From Hemiscyllium ocellatum (taxonomy: Eukaryota): a DNA stretch of 64,000 bases. Below, one piece after another: positions 48,955 to 61,544 of this stretch (within the stretch, counting starts at the first letter, position 1; the number at the start of each line of letters is the position of its first letter). A program made the position numbers and the translations under genes. The stretch is from contig NC_083443.1 of NCBI RefSeq assembly GCF_020745735.1, positions 23,487,006 to 23,551,005 of the forward strand, written 5' to 3'. The notes under the pieces were generated by a model. The model had not been told where the DNA came from, ran no database searches, and worked only from the letters and a program-made list of their open reading frames with translations.

Positions 48955-51020
48955 GGGAAACTGAAAGGTCTGAAGGTAGATAAATCAGCTGGAGCAGATG
49001 GACTAAATTTCAGAGTTCTGAAGGAGTTAGCTGAGGAGATTGTAGAGGCATTGGTGGTGATCTTGTAGGAATCATTGGAGTTGGGAGGGTTCCAGAGAAC
49101 CGGAAAATGGTTAATGTAACACTCCTGTTTAAGAAGGGAGTGTTGCAGAAAAAGACCGGAAATTATAGACTGGATAGCCTGACTTTGGTTGCTGGTCAGA
49201 TTTTAGAGTCCATTATGGAGAATAAGATTATGGAGTAGTTGGAAGTGCATAGTCAATACAGCTGAGTCAGCACGGCTTTGTGAAGGGGAGGTCATGCCTG
49301 ATACATCTGTTAGAATTCTTTGAGCTGGTAATGAGCAAGTTAGACAAAGGAGAGCCAGTGGATGTCATAGACTCATGGAGATGTACAGCACAGAAAGAGA
49401 CCCTTTGGTCCAACCTGTCCAAGCCAACCAGATATCCCAACCCAATCTAGTCCCATCTGCCAGCACACGGCCCATATCCCTCCAAACCCTTCCTATTCAT
49501 ATACCCATCCAAATGCCTCTTAAGTGTTGTAATTGTACCAGCCTCCACCACTTCCTCTGGCAGCTCATTCCATACACATACCCCCCTCTGCATGAAAACA
49601 TTGTCCCTTAGGTCTCTTTTATACCTTTCCCCTCTTACCATAAACCTATGCCCTCTAGTTCTGGACTCCCCAACCCCAGGGAAAAGACTTTGCCTATTTA
49701 CCCTATCCATGCCCCTCTTAATTTTGTAAACTTCTATAAGGTCACCCCTCAGCCTCTGACACTCCAGGGAAAACAGCTCCAGCCTGTTTAGCCTCTTCCT
49801 ATAGCTCAAATCCTCCAACCCTGACAACATACTTGTAAATCTTATCTGAACCCTTTTTCATTTCATTCCAATAGGAAGGAGACCAGAATTGCACACAGTA
49901 TTCCAACAATGGCTTAGCCAATGTCCTGTACAGCTGCAACATGACCTCCCAACTCCTGTACTCAATACTCAGGATTCCCTCCAACAACTTGCCCACCACC
50001 AAGGTCAGGCTCACCGGTCTATAGTTCCCTGGCTTGTCCTTACTGCCCTTCTTAAACAGTGGCACCACGTTTGCCAACCTCCAGTCTTCCGGCACCTCAA
50101 GAAGCCCAGCAATCACTTCTCTGGCTTCCCACAGAGTTCGCAGGTACACCTGATCAGGTCCTGGGGATTTATCCACCTTTACCCGTTTCAAGAGATCCAG
50201 ATGTATTTGAATTATTAAAAGGCCTTTGACAATGTGCTGTGCAGGATGCTGCTGAATAAAATAAGAGCCCATGGTGTAAGGGATAAGGTACTGGCATGGA
50301 TAGAGGATTGGCTGACTGGTAGAAGACATAGAGAAGGGATAAATTGGTCTTTTTCAGGATGGCAGCCAGTGGCTAGTGGCATTCTGCAGGAGTCAGTTTT
50401 CAGATCACAATTATACGTGTTATGCATTAGAAATCTGGATGAAGGAACTGAGGGCATTGTTGCTAAGTTTGCAGACAAAGGTAGCTGGAGGGGCAGGTAC
50501 TATTGAAGAAGAGAGGAGGCTGCAGAGGAATTGGAGAGGCGAGAAGAGTGGAAAAGAAGTGACAGATGGAACACAATGTGGGAAGGTGTGAGATGTGTAC
50601 TTTGGTGGAAGAATAGAGGCATAGACTAGTTTCTATATAGGGAAAGGCTTTAGAAATCTGAAGCTCAATGGAACTTGGAAGTCCTAGTTCAGGATTCTTT
50701 TAAGATGTTTCCACTTTTGGGAGAGACTAGAACCTGAGAGCGCAGGCTCAGAGTGAAGGGACAGCCCTTCAGAAATGAAAAAAGGAGGTATTTCTTCAGT
50801 CAGAGGGTGGTTAATCTATGGAACTCATTGCTACAGATGGCTGTGGAGGCCAAGTCATTGAGTGTATTTAAGAGAGGTAGGTTCTTCATTCATAAGGGAA
50901 TTATGGGGAGATGGCGGGAGAATAGGATTGAAAAACACATCAGCCATGATCAAATGGAGAAGCAGAATTGAAATGACTAAATCATCTAATTCTGTTCCTA
51001 TATCTTATGGCCTTTTGGTC
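48955..51020 (+). mobile_element. Older CR1 (+) interrupted by a younger minus-strand CR1/HER1 copy (about 49367-50199)
   Basis: The SQHGFVKGRSCL...EPVDV | YLxxxKAFD RT motif is split by the inserted copy (KGSKDKPGNYRPVSLT, FKRHLDGYM-like on minus). Confidence 0.85.
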
Positions 51021-51532
51021 TCGTCATTTGTGGATCTCAGGCAAAGGGAGCAGTGTTGGGTCCAGTGACAGAGAGACTGTAGGTCCCCACGAGGATCTGG
51101 GGTATTATCAGGTCAAGGGGATTTTTAATTTTCTGGGCATTCCTTTGGAGTCTGCGACATCATGGATTACACAGTATCTCAATGTGCAACTCCCCTTGAC
51201 ACTGCAGAAATAGCCATCAGAAAATTATGCAGCAGTTAAAGGAATCAAGGTTGCAGAAAACATATTTGGATGTCGAGAAGAACGCCAGAAATAGAATGTG
51301 GTGATAGTGACAGAGAGGGCAAGGCTGGTGATTGTGTGAGGTTAAGCAACCCAGGCTGAGAAATAAGTGAGCTGAGTTAGCAGGTTTTACAAGGGTCTCA
51401 GAAAGAAAGATTCACTGATCAAAATGGCAAGCAGTGATTCCACAGCAATTTTCAGAAAGAAACCAACTATAGCCATACAAGCTCTGCAAGATACTTTAGC
51501 ATGGAGACAGCTGTGACTCTGAGCTTTGGATG

Positions 51533-52206
51533 TGTGATGATGCTGTGACTTTATGAGGCTATTTTGTCCTTTTTTTTAAGGGAGAGGCAGCGGTACTGAG
51601 CATTCTACCAAAACCACTAGAATGTACAGCTTGTGAGGCCTTGGGATTTTTCTTAAAAGCTTGGAACAATAGAAGCAGCCTGGATGGGTGTGGCCAATTC
51701 ACACAGACGAGGATTTCAACTTTTTTTTTAGTTTTTACATATAGCTTTAAGCAGTTGCTGTTGTGGGCATGACGAAGTGGGAGCTATTTTTCCCTCTCTC
51801 AATTACAACCAAAAGTTGAGGATTCTCTTCCTAGGTTGCTAGGAAGGTCTTTGTATGTGAGACAAAATTTGCTTTTCTGAATTTTCCTGTTTGCCAAGGC
51901 ATGTGTTTATGGGATATTACTATATTGGAACGGTTAATTAGTATTAGTTATTCTATCTATTATTTTGTGAAGGTTTCAAATAGAGTTAAGTTATTCTAAA
52001 TCTCCCTTTCTATGATTATTTTAACTACAGTGTCGAAATAAATTGAGTTTTCTTCAATGTCAAGTAGTTTGACCAATTGTATTGCAACTGGAACATGACA
52101 CTTTACATTTGCCTTACAAATAAGTAAAAGTTAGGGTCTTGGCTAGCTTCTTAAAATGTTTTGGGGGGGGGGGGGGGGGGGGAGGAATCTGTGCTTGTCC
52201 ATAACA
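51533..52206 (+). mobile_element. Solo LTR (674 bp), apparently nested in an older LTR-like sequence
   Basis: Termini TGTGAT...ATAACA, 4-bp TSD GATG (51529-51532 / 52207-52210), internal AATAAA at 52037 and a G20 run at 52163-52182. Confidence 0.75.
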
Positions 52207-53607
52207 GATGCTTGTAAGTTTATTGCTGGGGATAGAAGGATGAATCATTACTTCTGATAATTGGAATTAGTACATTTCAAATAATTCTTGCATATTGTAA
52301 TATAGTTTGTTTTATTCTTTTGTCGAGCAAATCTATTGTTAAAAGTACATTGGCAGCCTCTTGTGAATATATTCAGTGACTGACCTCCAGGTAAACAGAA
52401 AAAAAAAGAACCCTTTGGTCTATACGTTTACATCTATACCTGACTTGTCCAATATTACTAACAACTGGGATCATCAACACCTCACAAAGACAAATGCAAA
52501 CTATTCATTTAAATACCTCAGTCATGCTGCCTTTTCCATATATAAATCCCCTTTTTTGGTCTTAATTGGTTCCAGGCTTTTTTTTAACCACTGTTTTACT
52601 ATTTATGTGTCTGTAGAAGACATTGGAATCCTCCTTTATGTTGGATGCCCATCAAATTCAATATTCCCACAATATTTCTCTTACTTACTTTGTTACCACC
52701 CCACTGAAACTTCCATATTCGGCCTGTTCTCAATTGTATTTTTTATGTGACACCTTGCATTAGTAAACTGTTTCTTTGTCATAGTTTCTACATCTTATGT
52801 GATCCAGGAAGCTTTGAATTTGTTTGCCTCACCTTTTCATTTTGAAAGAGTTTTCCTTCTCTTTTCCCTTCATTGATCCAATCAAGGGATGTGGGTTTTA
52901 CTGCTGGGCCAGCATTTATTACCCATCTCTTGTCACCCTTGAGAAAATGATGAGCTGTCTTCTTGGACTACAGCAGTCCATTTGGTCTGAGCTGGAGGTT
53001 GGGGCAAATGTTGGGGTGTTCACTGGGTTGGCGTGGTATAGTGGCAAGGGGTGGGGTTTGCAATGATAGGTGGGTGAGGGGTTGTGGTATCATGTGGGTA
53101 AGAGGATACAATGCCAGATGATTGAGGGGCTAATGTGAATGATGACTGAGGGGTGAGGCGGCAGCTGAGTGTCGTCCTTATTAGCAGTCACTCACTAACA
53201 ATTATAATTGTCTATCTCAGAAATTCCTTGTCACTGGTCATGGGTTCTGTGGGCCCTTATATGGCACTGATGAGCCTGATCCTAGAGCTGCATCTCCCAC
53301 TACACCTTTGGCAGATGACTCCAGGAGATGGAATTGGTTCTTGTCCTCGAGATCACTGGCATTCCTTTCTCCGGTTCCTTTTCTGTACTTGCTCTTGCTG
53401 GAATAGCATGTCATGTGGGTGAGGGATAGGTTGGTAGATGGATGAGGGCATAGGGTGACAGTGATTGAAGGGTTGAGATGTCAGGTAGTTGAGGTGGTGC
53501 ATGGCAGGAGGGTAAGTGTTAGGATAGCAGATCGGTGAAGGGTTTACATACCATGTAGGCAAAAGGATAGGTACGTGGATGAATGAGTAGGGTAGATCAT
53601 GGTGTGG

Positions 53608-53768
53608 AGAAAGTGAGGACTGCAGATGCTGGAGATCAGAGCTGAAAATGTGTTGCTGGAAAAGTGCAGCAGGTCAGGCAGCATCCAAAGAGCAGGAGAA
53701 TCGATGTTTCGGGCATAAGCCCTTCCTGAAGAAGGGCTTATGCCCGAAACATCGATTCTCCTGCTCTT
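53608..53768. mobile_element. Fold-back PLE pLTR insertion (family A)
   Basis: 15-bp TSD TAGATCATGGTGTGG (53593-53607 / 53769-53783). Perfect 39-bp inverted arms (53687-53725 / 53731-53769). Confidence 0.9.
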
Positions 53769-55029
53769 TAGATCATGGTGTGGTTGGGGGAAAGAGATTC
53801 AGGTTGAAGGTATTTACAAGACAAATCCATTGGGGGTGGTTGGGTCCAACTGGGGGCAGGTATGCTTGAGTGATTGGTCTTTGGAATGGCTTTGAGTAGT
53901 TGGAGGGTTCAGATTTATGTGGAGATGAGGGTGTCGGTGAAGTGCAATGGAAGGAGTGTCGAGTATCTGTGGAGAGTCTGATGGGGGTGAATTGTGAGTT
54001 TGAATCCCTCTAACATGTCCTGGGTAACTATTTAGCAAAACCAGTCAGGACCGCACAAAGTCTCAACTTCTAACTCAGAGCCGGGTCTTTTCTCAGAGGG
54101 TTCTCAGAAATCCCCTCAGAAATCTCAACTTCCAGGGTCATTCCCAGGGAATCAGCCCCATCAGCATTTCCACATGGTTTTTCTGTCTATGCTGCTGCAA
54201 CAATTATTTTCCCATCAGACCATCTTTCCACCTGGCAATCTGCACCTGAAACCCATCAATCCTATTTATCACACTTCTTCATTCACACACATTGTGAGAA
54301 ACAATTCCCAATGCAATATTGTCTGCCAGTCTGAATAATGATTTAATCTAAACTTCCCCATTGCACTGAGAAGCAAAACCTGAATTGCTTAATCCTGAAA
54401 TTGTATCCACCATTGGAATGCTACATGGAGACTGTACCATTTTACCTTTAAGTCATTCACCATCTGGTTTCTCCATGCTTTTTTAGCAGAGGCATCTCCA
54501 TGCATTTCTTCACTGTTACACCAAAGATAGTACAATGTCAAACACTTGCATGGCCTTACAATCAACTTATATTATAATTGAAGTGCAGTGGTATAGATCT
54601 GTGACCACCTCTTCCATGGGTGACCTACTTCACATCAAATGATAAATGACTGCAAAGGTTAGTGGAAAAGCCATATAGTAAAACATTAGCATTATTGAAA
54701 GTGTGTTGTAAAGTGGGAACACAGAATACAACAAACTCATTCTTCACAGCTGGCTATATTGGAACTGATTGCATTTTAATTAAATGAAGCAGTGTAAATC
54801 CATTCTCTTGGACAGACTTGTTTGTTGATCATGGTAATTATGGGTAAGAATATTCGCAAATTTAAGAGAATTGTTATTAAAGAACGGTTGTGTATAAAAC
54901 AGTATGGCGCCAGAATGGTCACTCAACCTTGGCCACAAAAACAGTAAATTATGCTCCGTCACAAAGGCCTTGCTGTGATTTAATGAATGCATTTCAAAGT
55001 CTGCAAATGCGATTTAATAGGCTTGACTG

Positions 55030-55198
55030 TACTGCAGTCATGAGACACTCTTCAAGATTGTTAAACCTTCCCCCTGCCCTCCTCTCTGTCCCAGAAATTA
55101 CATAAACAACTGACGTGTATCACTGCTTGTTTAATGCCTTGATTTGATCACAATATTTAAGGGAACAAGTCAGGTTTTTGCTGTACCAGGGTGTAAAA
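55030..55198 (+). promoter_or_regulatory. Putative RGR proximal promoter
   Basis: TATA-like TATTTAA at about 55154, TGACGT at 55111 and SOX-like ATTGTT/ACAAT/ACAAG motifs immediately upstream of the ATG. Motif-level evidence only. Confidence 0.35.
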
Positions 55199-55277
55199 AT
55201 GGTATCTACCAAACCTATCATTGAGGGATTCAGTGAGCTGGAAGTATTTGCACTCGGGACTGCTCTATTACTTGAAG
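55199..55277 (+). CDS. RGR: RGR opsin coding exon 1
   Basis: MVSTKPIIEGFSELEVFALGTALLLE; donor G|gtaaa; 79 nt. Confidence 0.93.
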
Positions 55278-55888
55278 GTAAAGATGGGCTTGTTTGATTT
55301 CACAGAAACTTGTAAAATTGATGTATATCAGTATACATTAGATTAATTTATCCTCAGTTTCTGCCATAAATACAATATTCCCTCAGAGTGACAGTGCAAT
55401 ATGCTTGAACACCAATTTGTTATAATAATTTTGCCTCCTTGTAGCATATGAATAAGTGGGAAAACTCTAGGTTTATGTGAGTCAATATCAAATATATGTG
55501 TGAATGCTATGATAGTCTAGCAAGACAATATTTTACCTTTCACATTTGCATTAGCCAAGAAAATCTTAGAATTCTAATGAGATTTCCAAAGCGCATGTCT
55601 GGGATTACTTTGCATGGTTATTTCAGCTATTAGAAAAACTGAACACAGCAAATTTAATAAACTCCAGGCTACATTGTAAGTGTGATTATATGTGAGCTGG
55701 TTTGGTAATGATTTAACTACAACCTGCTTCAACATTAATGAATAAAGGGGTACTTTGTTGACATGGTGTTACTTCTCAAGAAAAAAGCAAATGAAAACAT
55801 TGTAAGTGTGTGATGCAGCCCAAATGAAAAGCAATATGTTATGTCTCATCATTTGGACCCATCCCTTGATTTCTGTTCTCTTTCACAG

Positions 55889-56045
55889 CTCTCCTTGGAC
55901 TACTCCTGAATGTGATAACGATTTTATCCTTTTACAAGATAAAGGAAATCCAGACACCAAGCAATCTCTTAATAGCCAGCTTGGCTGTATCAGACACTGG
56001 CATCTGCTTGAATGCATTTGTAGCTGCTTTCTCAAGCTTTCTAAG
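55889..56045 (+). CDS. RGR: RGR exon 2 (TM1-TM2)
   Basis: ttcacag|CT; ALLGLLLNVITILSFYKIKEIQTPSNLLIASLAVSDTGICLNAFVAAFSSFLR; donor AG|gtag; 157 nt. Confidence 0.95.
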
Positions 56046-56613
56046 GTAGACACGGTTATCAATTTCTCGGTTTGGTTTCAGAAAATTACATAAGGTGTAC
56101 AGCACAGAAGAAGGTAATTTGGCTCAATTGGTCTATTCCAGTATTACAGCAGCCTCCTCTCATCCTTCATCACATCCAATCAATGTTACTTTCTATTCCT
56201 CCCTCCTTCAGGTTGTAACAATCAAATGGCAAGAGGGAATGAGTTCTGTTTTTCTCAATTCCCCTTCAGTCAATTGCAAGAAGTACTCTTAACTTCTTTA
56301 GCATGTAGTTGTACCACACATTATTTAAAGATATGGGTAGTAGACCAAAATAAAGGAACCAATTACCAGGGTTTCTTAAGTAAAAGAAGAATTCTATTAC
56401 TTATTAACCCCGAGTAACATAATAAAAACACAACATCAAACTACACAACACAGCTGATAACTTTAAAAGGATAAGTGCCTTGTATAGACAGTAAGAATAA
56501 AGGCTACATACAAAATCCTTAGAATTCTTCAGGTGTAAGACTTCTAACCTGACACCACAGTTGCTTAATTGTCAATTGGTAACCTCAGCAGTGGTAAAAG
56601 TTGTAGATACCTT

Positions 56614-56815
56614 GGAGGTGGAGGTGCCTTGGACTGGGGTGGGCAAGATCAAAAGTCACACAACACCGTGTTATAGTTTAACAAGTTTATTTGAAATCGC
56701 AAGCTTTCAGAGTGCTGCACCTTTATCACTTGACAAAGGAGCAGCGATTCAAAACCTTGTGATTTCAAATAAACCTGTTGGACTATAACCTGGTGTTGTG
56801 TGACTTTCGACTTTA
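56614..56815. mobile_element. Fold-back PLE pLTR (family B), diverged, in RGR intron 2
   Basis: Inverted arms aaagtcacacaacacc... / ...ggtgttgtgtgacttt, centred near 56727. Confidence 0.75.
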
Positions 56816-57790
56816 AGAACAAAACCCAGTGAACTGTTCTTTCTACAATTTGTTTTTTCATAATTTGTTTTATCATTTGATGCTGTCTTCCTCAGATGAT
56901 GAGAAACACAGTGAGGAAGAAAATGTCCTGCTATTACCAATCCCGATTCTTTCTTTCTGCTCTGCTGGTTAAAAACCACCTAGTGAAATATGGCTTAGTA
57001 TATATTCCTGTGTTTGATTTCATTGTCTCACAAACTGTCTTTGCAGTCACGTCTCTCATCTGTCAAAATATGCAATTATCACACAATTGTGAATTAAAAC
57101 AGAAGATGTGAATCTGAGATGCTTATTTCAATTGTCAAGTTTCAAAATGTTTAGATAAAATGACAATTTCAATGCAGGTGGTTTTGTTTATTCCACATTG
57201 GTTTGTGGTCAGGTAATCATGGAAATCATTGTAGAACAGTTTTTATTCTTCTTTTAAAACAATTTTAGTCAATAAAAGGTGTAAGGTATAAAAATCAGAT
57301 GATGGAAATTAACATTCATATTAACCACCATTGTAACATTATATTTATCTAGCTGCCTCTTAAATGCTAAATATATGTTTCACATTCTAATTAAAGAGTT
57401 CTCCTGAATTTGCAACTGGATTTATTAGTTGCTGCCTTATATTTATAGTACCTAATTTTGGACTCCCATACTTGGACACTTACCCTATATTGTTGAATTT
57501 TTTAGACTAGTCTTAAAGGTTAAAATTATTGTTACATGATACTACTTTTGAGGGGCTGAAATTCATGCTACATTCCAAAATATTGTATCATTAGCAGAAG
57601 CCCAATTGATCACTAAATAAAGAAAGAAAAAATGTTGATCTGTTGTCTGTGAAGAACTCGGGTTGACTTTTACATGAGATAAATGGAAAATGCCAGATTT
57701 TTTGGACAAAAATAGGGAATCGACTGTTACATGAGATTGACTTTTACTCATGTATGTACAGTATATGTTTGTTGCCTGCTTCCCTCACAG

Positions 57791-57912
57791 GTATTGGCCT
57801 TATGGATCTGAAGGTTGCCAGACTCACGGTTTCCAAGGATTTTTGACATCCCTCGCCAGTATTAATGCATGTGCTGCCATTGCTTGGGACAGGTACCACC
57901 TAAATTGCAGCA
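57791..57912 (+). CDS. RGR: RGR exon 3 (TM3)
   Basis: cacag|G; YWPYGSEGCQTHGFQGFLTSLASINACAAIAWDRYH; donor A|gtaagt; 122 nt. Confidence 0.97.
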
Positions 57913-59071
57913 GTAAGTCATTCCAAGCTAACTCTGAAACACAACTGACACAGACTGAATTGCCTTCTGACAATAATGTTTTGTTTTAGTTTATCCTCTT
58001 CACAGTTTACAAAGTAATTCTGAGAAGAAAACGGTCAGGAAATTTTGAAAGAAGTGTTATATTTTTTCCCCAAGATAATTAGGTTATAAAAGAAGCATAG
58101 GAAACTTTAAATTTGTAATGAAGACATGGTTGAAACCTTTTCTGGGATCGACTTGTATAACAGTCTAATCTGCCTCTCTGGAGCCTTAGAAAAACAAGTT
58201 TATTCATCTGAGTGTCAGAGATGTGAACAACTGTAAAATTGGAAGCAGGACAAAAAATTCCAAATCCATTTGATGCCTGATAAAGTTGTGTCCGGCTTCT
58301 TATTAAAACAGCAGTCATTGTGAAGCTTATTAGGATTCATCCCTTGTGAACAAATTAACAATTAGTGAAAGACTCATTGTGTAGTTGATCTTTCTTTAAG
58401 CAGTCTGTTGGCCAATTCTAGCTAAGTGGAGCTTCAACTTATTCCAGTTTCTCCTTTAACAAAGCATTTAAGTGTCGTGATTCCAAATAGTCACAGTGCT
58501 GGTCAGTTATATAAGGAGCTGTGGAAATAATCCCCTTTTCTTGAACTGGAAATGCACTAAAGCTGATTTAATTTTTTTTAAATTTCCACATTCTCTTCTA
58601 ACCAGAGGATGGTGATGCATTACTGGACTGTAATTCCAATGTAAGCTGTGGCAGTAAAGCCTTTACAAGCTGCTTAATTATAGGGAAGCATCATGGTCAA
58701 CCTTCAAACTGTCCACACTTTTGTTAGAAAAGGTCACTCGAGAACTGTTAGAGGTAAGAATCCTGGATAACTTCCATTTACCTAACCCCATATATCACAG
58801 ATCAAACTTGGGATCATTTTAGAGTGATGCTCAGCTGATTGGTGATTCAAATCACAGTATACCCTGACATATCTGAATGTTGGCAATAGTTTGTACATGT
58901 CCAGAAAACTAAGCAAGCTATGATATTAAAGTTGTTTTCTTTTCTGCAAATTAATTGCAAAAATGCTGGTTGGTGAACTTAACGTTGAGTTAGCTTGACT
59001 TAGATTTCCACTGATCAAATACTGTTTACGTATGGATTGACATCCATCCATGCATTAAATCCTATTTATAG

Positions 59072-59225
59072 GATCAAGATTACAATGGAGCAGTACCGTG
59101 ACTATTTTGGCAATTATCTGGGGATTTGCTGGATTCTGGGCTTCTATGCCCTTATTTGGATGGGGTGAATATGATTACGAACCATTAAGAACTTGCTGCA
59201 CCCTGGACTACTCTAAAGGTGACAG
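59072..59225 (+). CDS. RGR: RGR exon 4 (TM4-ECL2)
   Basis: tttatag|GA; FWASMPLFGWGEYDYEPLRTCCTLDYSKGDR; donor AG|gtatg; 154 nt. Confidence 0.97.
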
Positions 59226-59394
59226 GTATGTCGATGAATTTCATATTAATGCAATTCATCCTCAGGATGTAGGTCATGCTGGCAAGAGTAGCATTTATTG
59301 AAATCCATAGTTGTGGTGAGAAAGTGTAGTGGACTTTCTTTGTTCTTGGTTAGCACAAACAAATAGTTTTGCAAAGCTGTTGGATAGAGATGCT

Positions 59395-60331
59395 AAGGAT
59401 TAATCAAGAGACACAGTTAGTTCGTTTGCAGATGACACCAAAATTGGAGGTGTAGTGGACAAATTACAACAGAATCTTGAGCAGATGGGCCAATGGGCTG
59501 AGTAGGGGCAAATGGAGTTTAATTCAGGTAAATGCAAGGTGCTGCATTTTGGGAAAGCAAATCTTAGCAGGACTTATATACTTAATGGTAAGGTCCTAGG
59601 GAGTGTTGCTGAACAAAGAGACCTTGGAATGCAGGTTCATAGCTCCTTGAAAGTGGAGTTGCAGGTAGATAGGATAGTGAAGAAGCATTTGGTATGTTTT
59701 CCTTTATTGGTCAGAGTATTGAGTACAGGAGTTGTGAAGTCATGTTGCAGCTATACAGGACATTGGTTAGGCCACTGTTGGAATATTGTGCACAATTCTG
59801 GTCTCCTTCTTATTGGAAAGATGTTGTGAAACTTGAAAGAGTTCAGAAAAGATTTATTAGAATGTTGCCAGGGTTGGAGGATTTGAGCTATAGGGAGAAG
59901 CTGAACAAGCTGGAACTGTTTCCCCTGGAGTGTCAGAGGCTGAGGGGTGATCTTATAGAGGTTTACAAAATTTTGAGGGGCATGAATAGGGTAAATAGGC
60001 AAAGTCTTTTCCCTGGGGTTGGGGAATCCAGAACTAGAGGACATGGGTTTAGGGTCAGAGGGTAAAGATATAAAAGAGACGTAAGGGGCAACTCTTTCAC
60101 GTGGTAGTACATGTATGGAATGAGCTGCCAGAGGAAGTGGTGGAGGCTGGTACAATTACAACATTTAAGAGACATTTGGATGGGTATATGAATAGGAAGG
60201 GTTTGGAGGGATATGAGCCGGGTGCTGGCAGGTGGGACTAGATTGGGTTGAGATATCTGGTCAGCATGGGCGGGTTGGACCGAAGAGTCTGTTTCCATGC
60301 TGTACATCCCTATGACTCTATGACTCTATGA
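59395..60331 (+). mobile_element. CR1/HER1 LINE 3' fragment in RGR intron 4
   Basis: FADDTK, MEFNSGKCKVLHFG, LYRTLVRPLLEYCAQFWSP and (ctatgact)n tail. Confidence 0.9.
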
Positions 60332-61426
60332 CATGGAACAGGATGATAGTTTCACCTTCTGGCCACTAAATGGCTAATTCAAGTGGGCAGATGACTGACA
60401 GTTTCCCATGCTCTACAGGCCTCTAATCCTCATTTGACCCTGAAGTCAGGGTCCCAAAACCCAAAGGGAAATTTTTTTGAACACAAAAGTCCTGATGACT
60501 CTTCAACCCTATCTCATACATCAATATTAGCTCCCAGTCACTCAACAGTTAAATTTTAAAATCCTTGATTTCGCTTTTAAATTCCTCATGACCTCACGAT
60601 CCTATCTCTGCATCCTCCTCCAGCTCTATCATTTCTTTAAACTCTGCATCCCTCTGCCAATTACCCTCTTGTACATTACCCCCACTTGCTTTGCCCCATC
60701 TTTGGCAATCATGCCTTCAGAAGCGTAAGCTCCCACTGGCAATCTCTAAATTCTTCTTTAAGACCCTCCATATACCTGGTCCATTCACCCTTTCGCTCAT
60801 CACATCTGATCTTTTCTTCTGTGGCTTGACATCCACCTTCCATCACACCTCTGTGAAGCTCCTTGGAATCTCACTCTGAATAAAAGGCACTACGTAAATG
60901 CAAGTTGTATCTTGGCAGAAGAGCACTTACAAATTTAAATCATTATGCAGGAAAGGAGAATTACTGCTCTCAAAATGCAGGTAAATTCATGAAGTGCTAA
61001 TGGGTGTCCATTGGGATCCAGGAGAATGTTACAAACAAAATTTGACACTATGTTGGATCTAAAGTCTATGCAGCATCAAACTGAATCACATCAGCTCTGA
61101 TTCCAGACATGCACTCCATGTGAAGTAGGAGCTGCAAAGCTAACAGTATGAAGCACCTTAGATTAATTCAGTTTAAATAAAGAAAGACATTCTGTTCCTT
61201 TTGAGAAATTAATCCTGAGCAGATGTCTTCAATGAGGCCTGAGGATCCCTTTGGGAATATTCTTGTAGCTACATTGCCTGCAGCAAGTCAAAGCTCAACC
61301 ATGTCCACTGTCTGTATAATATAAACTGCAGATGCTGTAAAAATAGTCACGTCATTCTCCTCTGTGAAACATGAATTGGAGTCTGACACATAACATTGTC
61401 TGTGCCTTGATTTATTTTCCCACCAG

Positions 61427-61544
61427 AACATTTGTCTCATTCTTCATCTCGGTGGCATTTTTTGAATTTGTCTTCCCACTTTTCATCTTGGTAACTTCTT
61501 ACCAATCTTGTGCCAATAAATTCAAGAAAACTGGACAAGTCAAG
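61427..61544 (+). CDS. RGR: RGR exon 5 (TM5); later exons including the retinal-binding Lys are not found in the window
   Basis: caccag|A; TFVSFFISVAFFEFVFPLFILVTSYQSCANKFKKTGQVK; donor AAG|gtaaa; 118 nt. Confidence 0.93.

Noticed and set aside
52980-54240. G/T-skewed region possibly derived from a Harbinger-type DNA transposon
   Set aside because: No convincing transposase motif, TIR or TSD could be read; left unannotated.
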